From NCBI GenBank assembly GCA_036785375.1, contig JAWMAR010000077.1, positions 1,612,001-1,676,000 of the forward strand: DNA of 64,000 nucleotides, written 5' to 3'. Every line of letters starts with the position of its first letter. The first letter of the stretch is position 1. The stretch is from Leucoraja ocellata. Lineage: Eukaryota. A model generated the notes under the pieces. It made no database searches, was not told where the DNA came from, and was given only the letters and a program-made list of their open reading frames with translations. The translations under genes were made by a program, and so were the position numbers. Positions 35,874-48,705 of this stretch are shown here, one piece after another.

Positions 35874-38105
35874 CAACCGCTACATCCCCCCCCCCCCCCC
35901 CACCCCTCCAGAATCAGCGGTACGGAAATGCAGGGGTAACCGGACGGTTCGACCGAAACACGTAGTTCGAGGTCGCGAGGCGAGCGTAACATTTGGGGCC
36001 GGCAAAACAGAACCGGAGAGACGCGACAAATGCGAACGAGGGACGGGGGTAACAGAGGGGACCGGTGAAACATAACCAGGAGTAACAGGTGCAGAGGGCG
36101 GCAAAACGTCTGGCAGACGCCCCCAACGCCGTGGAGCGGTCACAGACACCGGGCTATCCTCGTCGACGCAGGCTGCTTAAGGCAGCTGACGGAGCCGAAA
36201 CCTCCCTGCTACCCATGTCCAACGTGATAGTCGAGGAACCAGTCTCTTCCACCTTGTACGGTCCTTCGTACACCCGCTGTAACGGCGAGCGGTGAGCATC
36301 CCTATGAAGGAAAACATAAGCACAATCCCGTAACATAGTAGGCACATGCACCGCGGCCCACCCATGTCGGGAGGTGGGAACCTGGACCAACGCGTGCCCG
36401 CTCGCAAAGGTCAACTAGACCGCCGAAGCTGGGACCTCCTGATCCCGAGTGGCGGGCAGAAAATCCCCAGGTACCCGCAAAACCGAGCCATAAACCAGCT
36501 CGGCCAAGGAGGCGTCGACATCTTCCTTTGGCATAGCCCTGATGTCTAGGAGAACCCAGGGCAACTGGTCAACCCAATCGGGGCTGGTGAACCGGGCCTT
36601 CAACGCCGACGTAAGGTGTCTATGAAACAGCTCGTTAATAAACCATTCGACTCCGGATGATACGCGATGGTCTGGTGCAACTTCGCGCCGTACAGCTACG
36701 CCATACCACACCACACGGAGGACGTGAACTGGGCCGCACGATCGGTAGTGATATCTGAAGGAATTCCGACATGAGTGATCCAATTGGAGGCAATAGCGCG
36801 GGCACAAGCCTAAGCGGAGTTATCGGTTAACGGTATCGCCTCCACCCACCTGGTGAACCTACCTACGATGGTTAGTAGGTGATTGGCCCCACGCGAACAC
36901 GACAAGGGACCCACCAGGTCAACATGGATGTGCAGGAACCTGCCGACTGGAACAGCGAAATCCTGCACGGGCGGGTGGACATGCCTCTGCACCTTGGAGG
37001 TCTGACAGGGGATACAAGCGCGGGCCCATGCTGCGACCTGATTTCGTAACCCGTGCCAGACGAACTTGGAAGCAACCAGGGCAGAGGTGGCATGGATGGA
37101 CGGGAGAGCTAGGCTGTGGATGGTGTCGAAAATCCGACGCCTCCAGGCAATCGTGACGATCGGGTGGGCTTTACCCGTTGAGACATCGCAAATGACTCGC
37201 ACGCCTGCGGCGCCGCAAGGCACTTCAGTCAGCTTGAGACCCGATTCAGCATTGCGGTAAATCTCCATGCCGGCATCAGCCCTTTGGACCAAAGATCCTA
37301 GGCCGCTGCCAGCTCCGCATAATCCACATCTAGGCCGGACGGGACAGCGGGTCGGCCACAATGTTCAGCTTCCCCGCCACATGCCGAATATCAAACATGA
37401 ATTCGGATATGAAGGCGAGGTGCTGCTGTTGCCTGGCAGACCAGGGGTCGGACACCTTATTCAAGGCGAACGTGAGCGGCTTGTGGTCCGTGAATGCGGT
37501 GGACGAGCGGCCCTCTAGGAAATACCGGAAATGTCGGATCGCTAGGTAAAGTGCGAGGAGCTCCCGATCGAAAGCGCTGTACTTGATCTCCGGGGCCGGC
37601 AGCTGCCTGCTGCAAAACGCCAGCGGCAGCCGACTGTTACCTACCCGCTGCTCGACGTGCAATGCATCCATGGTGAGATGCCCTCGGGTGTACCAGCATG
37701 CCAGCGCGCTAGTAGCCCCCTCGAAAGCTATACCGGCCTTCTTGGACCAAACCAGGTCATTGGGCTTGCCCGCCAGACATTGGAACAACGACCGCATGAT
37801 GGCGGCTGCTGACAGGACGAATCGGTGGTAGAAATTGACCATTCTGATAAATTCCTGCAAGCCCTTGACGGATAGTGGCCTCGGGAAAAGACGGAACGCG
37901 TCGACCTTCTCAGGCAGCGGTTGTGCGCCTTGGCAGGTTACCCTGTGACCTAAAAGGGAGATGGAGCGCAATCCAAACCGGCACTTCGCGGGGTTGATCA
38001 CCAACCCATGCTTAGGCAGCCATTCAAAGAGCAGGCGGAGATGCCTAACGAGTTCAGTCTGCGAACTGCTGGCCACCAGAATATCATTGAGATAGATTAA
38101 TCCAA
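35874..38105 (-). mobile_element. Gypsy retrotransposon B fragment (RT/RNase H, integrase, PPT)
   Basis: YLND..YSAFDRELLALY..FTDHKPL; HIHVDLVGPL..FTRWVEAIPL; G-rich PPT followed by only TGTAGCGG of the LTR. Confidence 0.85.
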
Positions 38106-38401
38106 ACGGCAAACCCTCAGCCGTAGAGTTATGCGCATGTAATCCTAGATCCCTCTGCTTACTCAACACCCAGCTGACAGCTTTACCAAATATTTATCAA
38201 TTTTTCTCTTTTGATTATTTTCTATAGCGTCCTATTTTTCTATAGCGTCCTACCAATAATAACTCTTAAACCAACTGGCGTAATTCCCCAACTTTTGTTT
38301 ATTGAACAAGTTACATTTGCTGTTTCCTAATCTTCTGGTACCCACCCAGAGTTTATCAATTTATGAGATGTTTCAACCAATGGATTTGCCATCTCTGCAG
38401 T

Positions 38402-38691
38402 CATAGAAACATAGAAACATAGAAAATAGGTGCAGGAGTAGGCCATTCGGCCCTTCGAGCCTGCACAGCCATTCAATATGATCATGGCTGATCATCCAAC
38501 TCAGTATCCTGTACATGCCTTCTCTCCATACCCCCGATCCCTTTAGCCACAAGGGCCACATCTAACTCCCTCTTAAATATAGCCAACTGGCCTCAACTAC
38601 CTTCTGTGGCAGAGAATTCCACAGATTCACCACTCTCTGTGTGAACAATGTTTTCCTCATCTCGGTCCTAAAAGATTTCCCCCTTATCCTT
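38402..38691 (-). mobile_element. CR1 LINE 3' tail
   Basis: Reverse complement of the 232-1674 3' end. Confidence 0.85.
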
Positions 38692-39196
38692 TGTCACCTC
38701 CTTTGAACCCCCAGCATGCAGTCTGCTTGTTCCTCATTAATTATCTGCTTTTAGCCCGTCATTCCCTCCAATACTTTATCACTTGCGATTGGTATTTTGT
38801 ATATACTACAGTGTATACTGTATAGGACATGGATGATGCTTATTTCTCGTTGAATCGGAAGTCTTTGGAGGTCTCCTGCACAAAGGGCGGTGGTAAACCT
38901 GCAGCAGCTGGTTTAGGTTCCGTGGGCCATGTGGTGGGGAGGGGGAGTGGAGATCCGGAGTGGCATTTAATGATGCGCCAGAATAGTAATGAGAGGCTAC
39001 ACATCATCGCACCAAATGGAACCGGTAGCTTGTGTGAACTATGAACTTATGACTCTCTCCAACATGCTCCGTGCTTATTTCACATTTTAATCACCTGCGT
39101 TTTTCGCGTCAGTACTCGACTGGAGCGGCGGCGGCTGTGAGATCAAACGCCAGCATCTTAGTCGCCCGGCTGAACGTAACCCTCCAACTCCTCAAC

Positions 39197-39664
39197 ATGA
39201 AGCCGGCCGTGGCTGTCATTTTATTTATCTCCTTTCTCGGTCAGTAGTATGAATGTTAACGCCAATTTTCATGAGCCTTTCGCTGTCCCCTTATGAAATA
39301 GTTCGATAACTTTGTGCTTTTTTCTCTCCCCGCCCCCCCCCCCCCCTCCCAAGCAGGTAAATCGGCGCCTCAATCATTGATACAGTCCCAGTTATCGATC
39401 AGCAAAGATGCCACGAAATCTGTGCGCTTTCACTGTGAAGTTAAAGACATAGCGTTCAGCGGAGCTGTTATACATTGGTACCGGCAGAGGCAGGGAGAAG
39501 GGCTGCAGCGGCTGCTGTATTTTAAAACGCCATCGGACCAACAGAAGGACGTGACCGACCAAAGGTTATTTGTTGAAAAAGTTATTGAGACTAAATCGTG
39601 CACTCTGATCTTGAAGACCATCCGGGCGAACGATGCTGGTACATATTACTGTGCTTACTGGCAA
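39197..39664 (+). CDS. TRGV: TCR gamma variable segment V5, paralog of V3 (leader 39197-39239, intron 39240-39356, V exon 39357-39664)
   Basis: Leader MKPAVAVILFISFL, GTCAGT..AAGCAG intron, LIQSQLSISK..HCEV..VIHWYRQRQGEGLQRLLY..DAGTYYCAYWQ. Confidence 0.92.
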
Positions 39665-39703
39665 CACAGTGGCCGACAGCGACGGGGAACCAGTACATAA
39701 ACT
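39665..39703 (+). other. 23-RSS of V5
   Basis: CACAGTG + 23 nt + ACATAAACT. Confidence 0.92.
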
Positions 39704-40477
39704 CAACATACCAATGTTATCCATTGTGCTCGTTTAACTTGTTCAAAAACAATTAACAGGTGTGGTGCATGCATATCTCCGTCTAAGGTGAACGCAGATG
39801 TTCAAAATGTGAAACAAGCACGGAAAATGATTCAATCATGGCGGATGTATCTATCTTTCTCAAAACCATTCTCCTGCCTTCTCCCGCATAACCTTTGACA
39901 CCCTTACTAATCAAGAATATGTCAAGCTCTGCTTTAAAAATACCCAATGACGGCTTCCGCAGCCGTCTGTGGCAATGAATTCCGCAGATTCACCACTGCA
40001 GTACCCGGAAAAACATATGTGGCCACTAAAGAATTTCCTCCTCATCTCCCTTCTAAAGGTACGCCATTTTATTCTGAGGTTGTACCCTCTGGTCCGAGAT
40101 TCACCCACGAGTGGAAACATCCTCTCCACATCATTTTCCCATGGCTATCATATAAACCCACTGACTCCCATGGCTATCTGGACTACACTTCTTCCCACCC
40201 TGCTTCCTATAAGGACTCCATCCCCCACTCCCAATTCCTCCGTCTACGCCGCATCTGCTCCCAGGATGAGGCGTTCCACACCAGGGCATCTGAAATGTCC
40301 TTATTCTTCAGGGAACGGGGGTTCCCCTCCTCCACCATAGATGAGGCTTGCACCAGGGTCTCTTCCATACCCCACAACACTGCTCTCTCTCCCCATCCCC
40401 ACACTCGCAACAAGGGCAGAGCCCCCTAGTCCTCACCATTCACCCCACCAGCCGTCACATACAACAAATAATCCTCC

Positions 40478-43400
40478 GTTTAATCAAGGCAGGGGACGAT
40501 ATGGACAAATTATTTCCTTTTATTACTTCACAGAGAACACCCGAAGATAAGGGAAGAAACACCATTCTCTAAAAGTTTAAAATGGAAGAGCATTTCCATG
40601 TGCGCTGGTCTAGACACCTTATCTCCTTTGGACGCTTTGGAATTCAACTCAAGGACATTCTTTGTTCAAAATGAAGGAAAGACTGATCAGCAATGCAGAG
40701 ACGAACAGCAGAGCCGAATGTGGAATATATCACAAGGACAAATGGCGGTTTAAGATCTTAAAATAGCTTTACAAAATATAGAGAATTAACAATAATTATC
40801 AATACTAATATAGAAATATAAATGGAAACTAACCTGAACTATATAATGGGCAAAATGTAATAATGTGCTAAAAAGACTGACTAGCTCGTATATAGAGATA
40901 ACAAATTTTAGAATTAAAGTAGATAATACTGAAAGTTTAAGTGCTATGTAGTTTGTGTGGGGAAGGGAGGAGACTCAGGCACCTGGCATAATTCCAGGAG
41001 CCTGTTTCTGGTTAACCCTTACAGCTAACAGCTTACTATTATCAAAGGTATAACTAATTATAAATAATTAGTAAATTAAAGTGTTAGATAAATAAATTTC
41101 ACAGTAGCTGAACACAGATTTGATAAGTCTAAAATGAAATATTAATGGGTGTAATTGGGTGAAATATAATTGATTTTGAAATGGTACCGCCCTCCTAGGT
41201 TTAGAGTAATAAAGGGTGCAGAGCTAATTGTACAACATCAACTTCGGAAGTCAAATAGATGTCGAATCCCACAGATGCGTGGGACACGCACTACAGTGTC
41301 GAATACTCCAGACACTGTAATTTTACTTGTTCAATTTAAAAAAAAATCACAATATGTCACTACTATGTGTTTTTTTTTCAAGGACAATCGCAAAAGGGAT
41401 CTACTAAGGAAGTTAGTAATATAAACGCCCCCCAAATATCCAGAATCCTGAGGTATGGATGCACCGTAATAAATAAGGATATTAAAATCAGAGAAAATGC
41501 AAGATGATAAACAAAAGAAAATGGGAGGAATCACACGGTGTAGCTGGAATATAAGGGGTATTAATGAACCAATTAAAAGGGGCAAAATACTAGCTCAGTT
41601 GAAATCATATAACACGGACATTACTTTTCCACAAGAAACGCATCTTAAACATCAAGATCAGATGAGATTGAGGGCGAATTGGATAGGCCAAACATTTCAC
41701 TCCTCATATACTTTGAAATCCAGAGGCACCGCAATTATTATTCGCAAAGGAATACCATTCAAATCAAAGAACACTGTATCAGATAAGGAAGGGAGATATC
41801 TTATAGTTACAGGAGAGATCCATGCTACGCCAATCACTTTGGTAAACATATATGCGCCCAATTTTGATAATCTTCAATTTTTTAATAAAATCCTGAATAT
41901 AATCGCAGAATTTAACTACAAAAATGTTATAATTGGAGGAGACCTACTGTGTTTTAGATCCGTATTTAGATAAATCGATGCAAAAACAAAGAGGTAATAT
42001 GAAATCTAAAACTAGTGAACTGTTAAATACATATATAAAAAATACAAATATAGCAGACTTTGGAGGATCGCGAATTCGACTGGCAGGGAATACTCATTTT
42101 ATTCAATGGTAAACAAAACATACTCACTTCCTAGTGGATACAAAACTAATCCCTTATACTATGAACCCTAAATATCACACCAATACGATTTCAGATCACT
42201 CCCCGCTAACTTTTGTTTTAAAATTAGAAGGAATGTCTACGAACAAATCGTTCTGGAGGTTTAACTCGCAAATTCTGAAAGACCCACAAGGGAATATATA
42301 TCTAAAAAAACAGATGGACCTATTTTTTTAGACAAACGATACACCAGATATATCAAAGGTATAACTAATTATAAATAATTAGTAAATGGAAGTGTTAGAT
42401 AAGTAAATTTCACAGTAGCTGAACACAGATCTGATAAGTCTAAATGAAATATATATATATATATATATAGTGTAATTGGGTGAAATATAATTGATTTTGA
42501 AATGGTACCGCCCTCCTAGGTTTAGAGTAATAAAGGGAGCAAAGCTAATTGTACAACATCAACTTCGGAAGTCGAATAGATGTCAAATCCCACAGATGCA
42601 TGGGACATGCACTACAGTGTCGAATACTCCAGACACTGTAATTTTACTTGTTCAATTTTTTTTTAAATCACAATATGTCACTACTATGTGTTTTTTTTCA
42701 AGGACAATCGCAAAAGGAATCTACCAAGGAAGTTAGAAATATAAACGCCCCCCAAATATCCAGCGTCCTGAGGTATGGATGCACCGTAAATCTGTCTGAA
42801 GAAGGGTTTCGGCCTGAAACGTCGCCTATTTCCTTCGCTCCATAGATGCTGCTGCACCCGCTGAGTTTCTCCAGCAATTTTGTGTACCACCAGATATATC
42901 GCCCACTTTACTATGGGAATCCTTCAAAGCATTTATTAGAGGAGTCATTATCTCATATCAAGCTTTTCAAAACAAAAAGAATAAGAATGAACAAAGACAA
43001 TTAGAAGAACAAATCAGACAACTAGATATAGATAATGCTAAAGATCCAACTATGGATAAACATAATAAAATTTGAATACTGAAATTTAAGCGAAATAAAT
43101 TATTGTCAGAGAATGTTATAAGATTATTCCAAATTACAAAACAAGAACATTTCGAATTTGGGGATAAACCCCATAAACTTTTAGCACGCCAACTGAAAAA
43201 CGGGAAAAAGATCATGCAATTTTAAAGATTAAATCAGATAGAAGGGAATTAACACTACCTAATGATATCAATAAAAGATTTGCTCAATTTTACAAGAATT
43301 TATACACATCGAAAACGCTAATAGACAATAATAAAGTTTCAGACTTTTTGGACAATTGTAACCTTCCAAAACTAGAACTGAAGGAACAAGAGGAACTGGG

Positions 43401-46220
43401 AGCACAAATTACATCTAAGGAAATAGAAGACACAATAAACACACTTAAGAATGGAAAAACACCAGGACCAGACGGATTCAGTAATGAATTTTATAAATGT
43501 TTTTACGACATAGTTACACCACGTCTACAGAAAATGTATACATACGCTTTTAAAGAACAAATCTTACCTGAAATACTAGCAGAATCAACGATCACATTAA
43601 TACTTAAAAAAGATAAAGATATAGAAGAACCAGGCTCATATAGAGCTATTGCTTTGTTAAATACGGATCAAAAAATATTAGCGAAAACACTAGCTAGAAG
43701 ACTAAGTCAATATGTTAGTAAATTAATAAATGAGGATCAAACGGGATTTATACCTAAAAGACATTCATTTAATAACCTGAGACGTCTGCTTAACATAATG
43801 CACTCTCACAAACCTCAAGAACAAGAGTTATCTATCATTTCATAGGACGCAGAAAAAGCGTTTGATCAAGTAGAATGGGATTATATGATTAAAGTATTGC
43901 AAAAATTTCAAATGGGAGAGAACTTCATCGCATGGATAAAATTATTATATAACAAACCCACGGCTAGAATATTAACTAATAATATACTATCTATGAAATT
44001 CCAATTATCAAGGGACAATAGACAAGGATGTTCATTATCACCGCTGTTATTTGCTCTGGTAATTGAACCTTTAGCTGAAAAAGTCAGAACACACTCGGAT
44101 ATTTACGGTTATAATACAAAATACTCAAATAACAAAATATCCTTATACACAGACGATGTACTACTGTATATCACAAAACCCCAAATCAGTATACCAAACA
44201 TGTTAAATCTAATTGAGGACTTTGGATCTTTCTCAGGATACAGAATAAACTGGAACAAAAGTGAAATTATTTCAATAAAACCGAAAGACTCAACACATCT
44301 CTTTAAATTCCCCTTTAAAATAGCCACAGAAAAATTTAAATATTTAGGAATTGAAATCACTAGAAACTATCACGCTATGTTTAATGCCAATTATAGCCCC
44401 TTACTTAAGAAACTAAATAATCTAATCAAATTCTGGAAAACGCTCCCAATGTCTTTAATAGGTCGAATAAATGCTATAAAAATGATATTTTTTTACCACA
44501 AATCCTATATTTATTTCAATTGTTACCTATATATCTTCCAAAAAAGTTTTTCAAAAAGTAGACTCAGACATTACAAATTTTATATGGGATTATAAATCCT
44601 ACAGAATACAAAGAGCACACCTTAGTAAACCAAAAGAGATGGGTGGTCTAGCGCTCCCTAACTTTATGTACTATAATTGGGCAGTAAATATTAAAAATAT
44701 TATTCACCTGCTGGACAATTCTGCCCAGCAGGTGGACTGGATTGTAATGGAGAGAGAGGACTGCTCTCCATGTAATACAGGAGCGACTCGCCTCTCACCA
44801 TTGAATCTGAATAACAAAAATTATAATAAAAATCCAATGATACATGGGACAATTAGAACTTGGAAACAAATAAAACAGAATCTAAAATTAAGAAATCTAT
44901 CTCTGCTAATGCCAATAGTCAATAACCCGTTGTTTAAACCTTCAATTATAGATAAATCATTTACACAATGGGAAAGAATGGGAATCAAAACGCTCAGAGA
45001 CTTGTATGAATTAGGAAAATTATTATCATTTCAACAATTACAACTGAAATATAATTTGAAAAATAATCAATATTTTAAATATCTTCAAATCCGTGACTAT
45101 CTGAAAAAATACACAAAAGACTATCATAACATGCCCCCAGACTTATTGGATGAAGCCATGAAGACAAAGGCTGAAGCAGCAAATCTAATATCATACTTAT
45201 ACAATATTATTTTAAATATAGAAATACCTACAACTGATGGTGTTAGAAGAGACTGGGAACAAGAACTAGCTATAAAATTTTCAAAAGAGAGCTGGGATAA
45301 ACACTATATGTGCATAAATGCTCGATCAATGTATGACATACTCTAATTCAATTTAAAACATTACATAGATTATATTATTCAGAAACTAAAATAAATAAAT
45401 TTTTCCCCAATGTCTCACCCATTTGTGATAAATGTCAGTCACAAGAAGCTACCATAGTGCACTCTTTTGGTTTTTGTATAATAATCCAAAAATTCTGGAA
45501 CGAAATATTTGAAATCTTCACAAAATTAATTAAAATAAAACTTGTACCAAAAGCAGAATGGATCATTTTTGGAATATCGGAAGGTAACCCCGAATTAAAC
45601 GTGTTTCAAAAGAACTTACTTAATTACAGGCTAATAATGGGAAAAAAGCTTATACTCAAATTTTGGAAAAATGCTCCAATACCAACAATAAAAATGTGGA
45701 TTTCAAACATGTTCGAAACACTACACCTGGAAGAGATGAGACTCCTCCTAGCAGACAAAGCAGACCACTTCCAAAATACGTGGTCTGCATTTATGGAACT
45801 ATTACAAGCATAAGGTGCAATAGTAATTTAAAATATAAATGGTACCAGGATCTGGTAACGGGGGGTATAAAATAAAAAAAATAAAAAAACACGGTTGGTA
45901 TATTCTTTTTTGCGGAGTTTTGTGTTATAATAGAGCGATTGTTTTTCCTTTTTTTCTTTTCTTTCTAGGGGCTATTTTCTTTCTTTACTTCCTTCTCTAA
46001 CTTCCTCCCTAAGGGGCTTTCTTCTCTCAACACTTTCCCGCACCTTCACGATTCTTGCTCACTTTCCTTACTTCTTTTATTTCTACCTTTTTTTAAAGCT
46101 CGAAAAATGAAGTGGTACAACAAATGTAATCAGATATATGTGATGCGTATTACTGTAATTTACTGTACTTATAATTAAAACAATAAAAATAAAATATAAA
46201 TAAATAAATAAATAAATAAC
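40478..46220 (+). mobile_element. L1/Tx1-clade LINE (inter-ORF region, disrupted ORF2 with APE endonuclease, RT and C-terminal domain)
   Basis: SWNIRG..QETH..NIYAPN..SDHSP; GKTPGPDG..DQTGF..AEKAFD..RQGCSLSPLLF..YTDD; (AAAT)n tail; TSD AATAATCCTCC at 40467-40477 and 46221-46231. Confidence 0.93.
42355..42887 (+). mobile_element. Chimeric insertion: copy of L1 segment ~41045-41470 joined to a Penelope hammerhead tail
   Basis: 13-bp TSD CACCAGATATATC at 42342-42354 and 42888-42900. Confidence 0.85.
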
Positions 46221-46868
46221 AATAATCCTCCACCATTTCCGCCACCTCCAACATGACCCCAACCACTCGCCACATCTTCCCATCACCCCCAATGTCTGCG
46301 CTCCGCAAAGACCACTCCCTCCTCAGCTCCCTTGTCAATTCTTCCCTTCCCTCCCATACCACCCCCTACCCGGGCACTTTCCGTTGCAACCGCAAGAAAT
46401 GCAACATCTGTCCCATTACCTCGCCTCTCAACTCCATTCAAGGACCCAAGCAGTCATTCCAGGTGCGACAGAGGTTCACCTGTATCTCCTCCAACCTGAT
46501 CTACTGCATCCGCTGCTCTAGATGTCAGCTGATCTACATCAGTGAGACCAAGCGGAGGTTGGGCGATCGTTTCGCCAAACACCTCTGCTCGGTCCACAAG
46601 AACCTAACTGACCTCCCGGTGGCTCAGCACTTCAACTCCCCCTCCCACTCCGAATCCGACCTCTCTGTCCTGGGTCTCCTCCATGGCCAGAGCGAGCAAC
46701 ACCGGAAATTGGAGGAACAGCACCTTATATTCCGTTTGGGGAGTCTGCATCCGGGGACATGAACATTGAATTCTCCCAATTTTGCTAGCCCTTGCTGTCT
46801 CCTCCCATCCCCCAGCCCTCGGGCACCTCCTCCTTTTTCCTTCCTTCTCCCCGCCACTCCCTATCAGT

Positions 46869-46896
46869 CTGAAGAAGGGTTTCGGCCCGAAACGTT
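46869..46896 (+). ncRNA. Minimal hammerhead ribozyme motif at the Penelope 3' end
   Basis: CTGAAGA-A-GGGT(TTCG)GCCC-GAAACGTT about 105 bp downstream of the GIY-YIG ORF. Confidence 0.65.
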
Positions 46897-47974
46897 GCCT
46901 ATTTCCTTCGCTCCACAGATGCTGCTGCACCCGCTGAGTTTCTCCAGCCTTTTTGTGTACCTCCTCACCACATCCACTCTATCCAGGCCTTTTGTTTATT
47001 CGGCGTTTCAATGAAGTACACCCTCATTCTCCAAGAAGTGGGATGAAATGTACCCCACTTGCCTGGATGAGTGCAGATCCAACAACACTGGATTCTTGGC
47101 AGCTAAGTGTTTGAAACCCACCGATATCTTCACTCCCACGGTGACCTCTGCATTATGGCCGCAGTGTTTGTGATACACACAGATTTGAGTCAAAACCAAG
47201 GGAGTGCCATAGGAGCACCTTCACCATGCCGACTCTAAAGATTCAAGATGTGGATCAGCTCAATAAAAAAACATGCATGGCATAAATTAATGCAAATACG
47301 AATTGTATTTGACGTGCGACTGCATTTAATTGACCCCTTCTCATCCTTTATTAAACAGTCACAAGTTACAACTTTCAAGCGTGCCCTTTCCACCCAAGAA
47401 TGTGCTCTAAGATAGCCGTCCGCCGGATTTACAAATCAATCACTCCTGCCCTATTCTGGTCACCCTTCCTAAAGCAGGTCCTGTTTTCACCCCGCAGCTT
47501 CCTGTCTGAGCGATGTTGCACCAACGGGGAATCTGTGATCCCAGACAGATATTATTTTCACTTCACTTCTTACATTTAGAGTTTCAGGGGAACGGGGCAG
47601 GCGGAGTGCGCATTAGGGAAGAGTGTTAATCGATGAACATTACCGGACAAAAGTGCTTGCTGAACTAAAGGGATTGTTGGGAGTGAGGACATTTTGACCA
47701 GTGAGCAGTTTGTAAGGAGACGCTTTCTGGAAGGTTGTAGAAGTTGTTTCTTGGATGTTTATGGAAGAGTCCCGAGTGCAGAGCTCATGCACCACGTGAT
47801 TAGAAATCGTTCTTTCAAATTCTAGCGGAAGACAATGTGAGTTATTTTTTAACCGAGTCTCTTTACAATTAAGAGAGTCCTTAATAATGCGCTTTGTCAT
47901 AGCTGATAGGGACAAATTAACATTCGGGATGGCCTCCTGCTCAACGACATCTCATCCAACGGATTAGCTCAGAT

Positions 47975-48705
47975 AGATAGACACAAAATGCTGGAGTCAC
48001 TCAGTGGGACAGGCAGCATTTGTGTATAGAAGGAATGGGTGAGGTTTTGGGTCGAGACCCTACTTCAGACTGAGAGTCAGGTTAGAGGGACACGGAGATA
48101 AGGAAGTGTAGGGTGTGAAAACGAGACATCAAAGGGGATGTAGATCAAGGCAAATGTATACATTTGATCCAATGTCAGATCCTCGCCTGGATCCAAAAGT
48201 AATAAATACACTTCAAGGACACTGAACATATACACTTTCGTTTACTCGTCCGGCATTCCTTTACATCCCGCCAACATGTGTATACATTGTTAGCTAGGAG
48301 AAGCTGACAACGAAGAGATACAATTTAATCAGGGGAGCAATCAGGCTCGTCAGGGGGAGGGATGGAGAGAGAAGGAAAGCACGCGTTACTTGAAGTTAGA
48401 GAAGTCAATATCCATACCGCTGGGGTGTAAGCTGCCCAAGCGAAATACGAGGAGCTGCTCCTCCAATTTGTACTGCCACCACTCTGAGGAGGCCCAGGAC
48501 AGAAGGGTGAGTGTTGGAACGGGAAGGGGAGTTAAAGTGTTTAGTAACCAGGAGATCAGGTAGGTTCAGGCGGACTGAGCGGAGGTGTTCAGCAAAACGA
48601 TCGCCGAGCCTGCGCTTGGTCTTGCGGATATAAAGGAGTCTACAACTGGAACAGTGGACACAGTAGATGAGGTTGGAGAAGATGCACGTGAACCTCTGCC
48701 TCACC
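47975..48705 (-). mobile_element. Penelope-like element 3' fragment (GIY-YIG plus tail)
   Basis: ORF 48405-48704 CIFSNLIYCVHCSSC..YIRKTKRRLGDRFAEH; degenerate hammerhead at ~48043-48070. Confidence 0.8.

Larger units (their letters stand above)
29026..35880 (+). mobile_element. Gypsy LTR retrotransposon A (5' LTR ~29026-29294, PBS, gag, protease and integrase remnants; RT deleted), interrupted by a hAT element
   Basis: TG..CA LTR with AATAAA followed by TGGTGACC; gag reads through the hAT site (HCMPTQV); integrase FGVPSTNTTDRGPQFES..TTAYHPQTNGLIE. Confidence 0.8.
40133..46961 (+). mobile_element. 5'-truncated Penelope-like element (RT C-terminus 40133-40477; GIY-YIG endonuclease and hammerhead tail 46221-46961), split by an L1
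   Basis: YKPTDSHGYLDYTSSHP..SQFLRLRRICS; CISSNLIYCIRCSRC..YISETKRRL..RFAKH; 13-bp TSD TCCTC(T/A)CCACATC at 40120-40132 and 46962-46974 within a CR1 tail. Confidence 0.88.

Noticed and set aside
33822-45480. GGTTTTTGT nonamers at ~33822 and ~45469 as possible J or D signals
   Set aside because: Both lie inside LINEs with no CACTGTG at 12 or 23 nt and no FGxG motif.
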